47,272 bases of DNA, from assembly GCA_000320545.1 (NCBI GenBank), contig ADNK01001136.1:1-47272 (forward strand), written 5' to 3'. Shown in pieces: positions 45,742 to 47,272 of this stretch. The stretch is from Bigelowiella natans CCMP2755 (taxonomy: Eukaryota; Protista; Cercozoa). The stretch's first letter is position 1, and each line of letters starts with the position of its first letter. The translations under genes were made by a program, and so were the position numbers. Under the pieces are notes generated by a model. The model ran no database searches and was not told the DNA's origin. It worked only from the letters and a program-made list of their open reading frames with translations.

Positions 45742-47272
45742 TCATTGATGATCGGAGGATACAACTGCAGCACGGCTGATGTCAAGCTCGGGAGATCCCA
45801 GCACATCTTCGAGCAACGCCTTCGGGTCCTTGCTAGCTCCTGGCTCGAGAACCGTTCGTCGATACCTGATCCCGCACAAAATATTGCCAACTCAAGGCCT
45901 TTCATCAGCTGAATGAAAATGGTGAAAGCCCGAGTCATTCCCTCCACGACAAACTGCAGAAACATCCACATCGACGATGCATGCAATGTGCGGACAGCAA
46001 GCTTTACACCTTTCCCCCGCCTCGCTGCTGAGGGGGTCGTCTTCGAACACGCTTTGCCACACTTGCTCCGCGAACATCGTGCCGTACAGATAGCTGTAAT
46101 ATGACCCTGCGTAGTGCGTGAAGTGCTCGAATCGCGTCTGCCAAAGCGGCTGCTCAGGAAGCTCTACCGGCAATATTTCTTCCATCACCGAACGTACGAT
46201 AGAGGAATGATCGATCGAAGAGGCCTGGGAGTGACCCTGGGAGCGCGCGGAAGGCGGCCCGCAGAGGAGTTGGTCAACCTGTCGAGTGTTTCGGATGATG
46301 AGGGGGGGCGAGGAAGGGAGGAGGGGAGAAAGACAGACAGAGATATGGAGAGAGAGAGAGGAAGAGAAGGCAAGGAAAGACTGGACCTTTGCTCGATACA
46401 CACTGTTTAGAGTGTCTATTGCATGGAAGAGCCGCTTTGACTTTCGGAGCTTGGAGACCTTGATGGTAAAGAGTCAAAGTGGCCACGGCAATATTTCGCA
46501 GAACGAAGATGTCAGAGAGATATATGAAACAATTGGTTCGCTGCCTCATCATGCGTGAGACAAACGAGAGAACGCTCTCACACCACTACGCTTCAATGCG
46601 TCATCCATTCGTTCGAAATGCATGCAGAATGCATGAACGTTGGTACTAGCTAGCTGTTGATGCATGCTGGGATTTGTAGCTACGTGTACTTCATTTCACA
46701 TACCGTATCCGAGCTAATAGTCTCCCCCGTCTAGAAGTAAAAAAGAAGGGGGTTGGGTTCGTGGTTGTTTATAACTTTTCTGAGCATTGCAAAGCCCTTC
46801 CGTTTTCCTCCCCCCTCCCCCCTCCCTCGTTGTTGATTCTCAAACATACACCGTCCACACACACGCACGCACACACGCACAGGCGCTGCTTCTCACCCTA
46901 TAATGCTTTGCGAACAGCTTCAAATACCTTCAGAACGCACACACACACACACACAAAACAAGAAAAACCATACAATCGACAACGAACATCACAAACGTAC
47001 ACACACACACGCGCGCGCACGCACGCACTTTCAAATCTCACCCGCACACTCATTCCTCCTTTTCTTCCTCGTATAAATCTCTCCCCTCGCTCATCACACC
47101 CTGCCTTTTTTTACACACAAGCAACGAATGAGGTACCTATGATCGTAAGCAAACTTCTCAATCACGTGAGATGGCGTCTCGACGAAGTCCAAAGGGCCTC
47201 GGAACCTAGCATTTTATCAAACAAATATATGTGTACATCTACATACAACTATTTACCCTCCCCCCCCCCCCA
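45742..47272 (-). CDS. MIPEP: Mitochondrial intermediate peptidase (M3 family), C-terminal part; 5' end lies outside the window
   Basis: Exons read FRGPLDFVETPSHVIEKFAYDHR|YLKLFAKHYR|TGETISSDT|VSKLRKSKRLFHAIDTLNSVYRAK|VDQLLCG...WQTRFEHFTHYAGSYYSYLY...VWQSVFEDDPLSSEAGER|YRRTVLEPGASKDPKALLEDVLG, with stop at 45742. Confidence 0.9.

Overview
Eukaryotic nuclear DNA, intron-dense and rich in microsatellites, with GT-AG introns. N-terminal hydrophobic leaders on organelle-type enzymes suggest an alga with a secondary plastid, such as a chlorarachniophyte (inference only). Manual splicing supports about 11-12 genes, in order: RFT1 (-), a ubiquitin-like + cyclophilin fusion (-), bacterial-type TrmB (+), an NHL/FN3 protein (-), an LSMT-like SET methyltransferase (+), a two-pore K+ channel with EF-hands (-), an orphan protein starting MGCGAS (+), a Zn2Cys6-type factor (-), a long ankyrin-repeat protein (+), a caspase-like (C14) domain gene (+) that may be the same gene as the ankyrin one, a putative 4-TM protein (-) and mitochondrial intermediate peptidase (-). 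Two main discoveries. (1) Non-coding elements sort by junction type: a ~45-bp element lies in all four tail-to-tail spacers, a TGTCGCAGGTRA motif or near-match lies in all four head-to-head spacers, and a CTAG/TGCA-rich repeat family lies in both minus-strand tandem spacers. (2) A microsatellite-poor island carries an immune/cell-death-like architecture: unknown N-terminal domain, 19-20 DARPin-like ankyrin repeats, and a caspase-like domain with His intact but DCNR in place of the catalytic DxCR motif. All exon boundaries and counts were read by eye and need RNA-seq/HMM confirmation.
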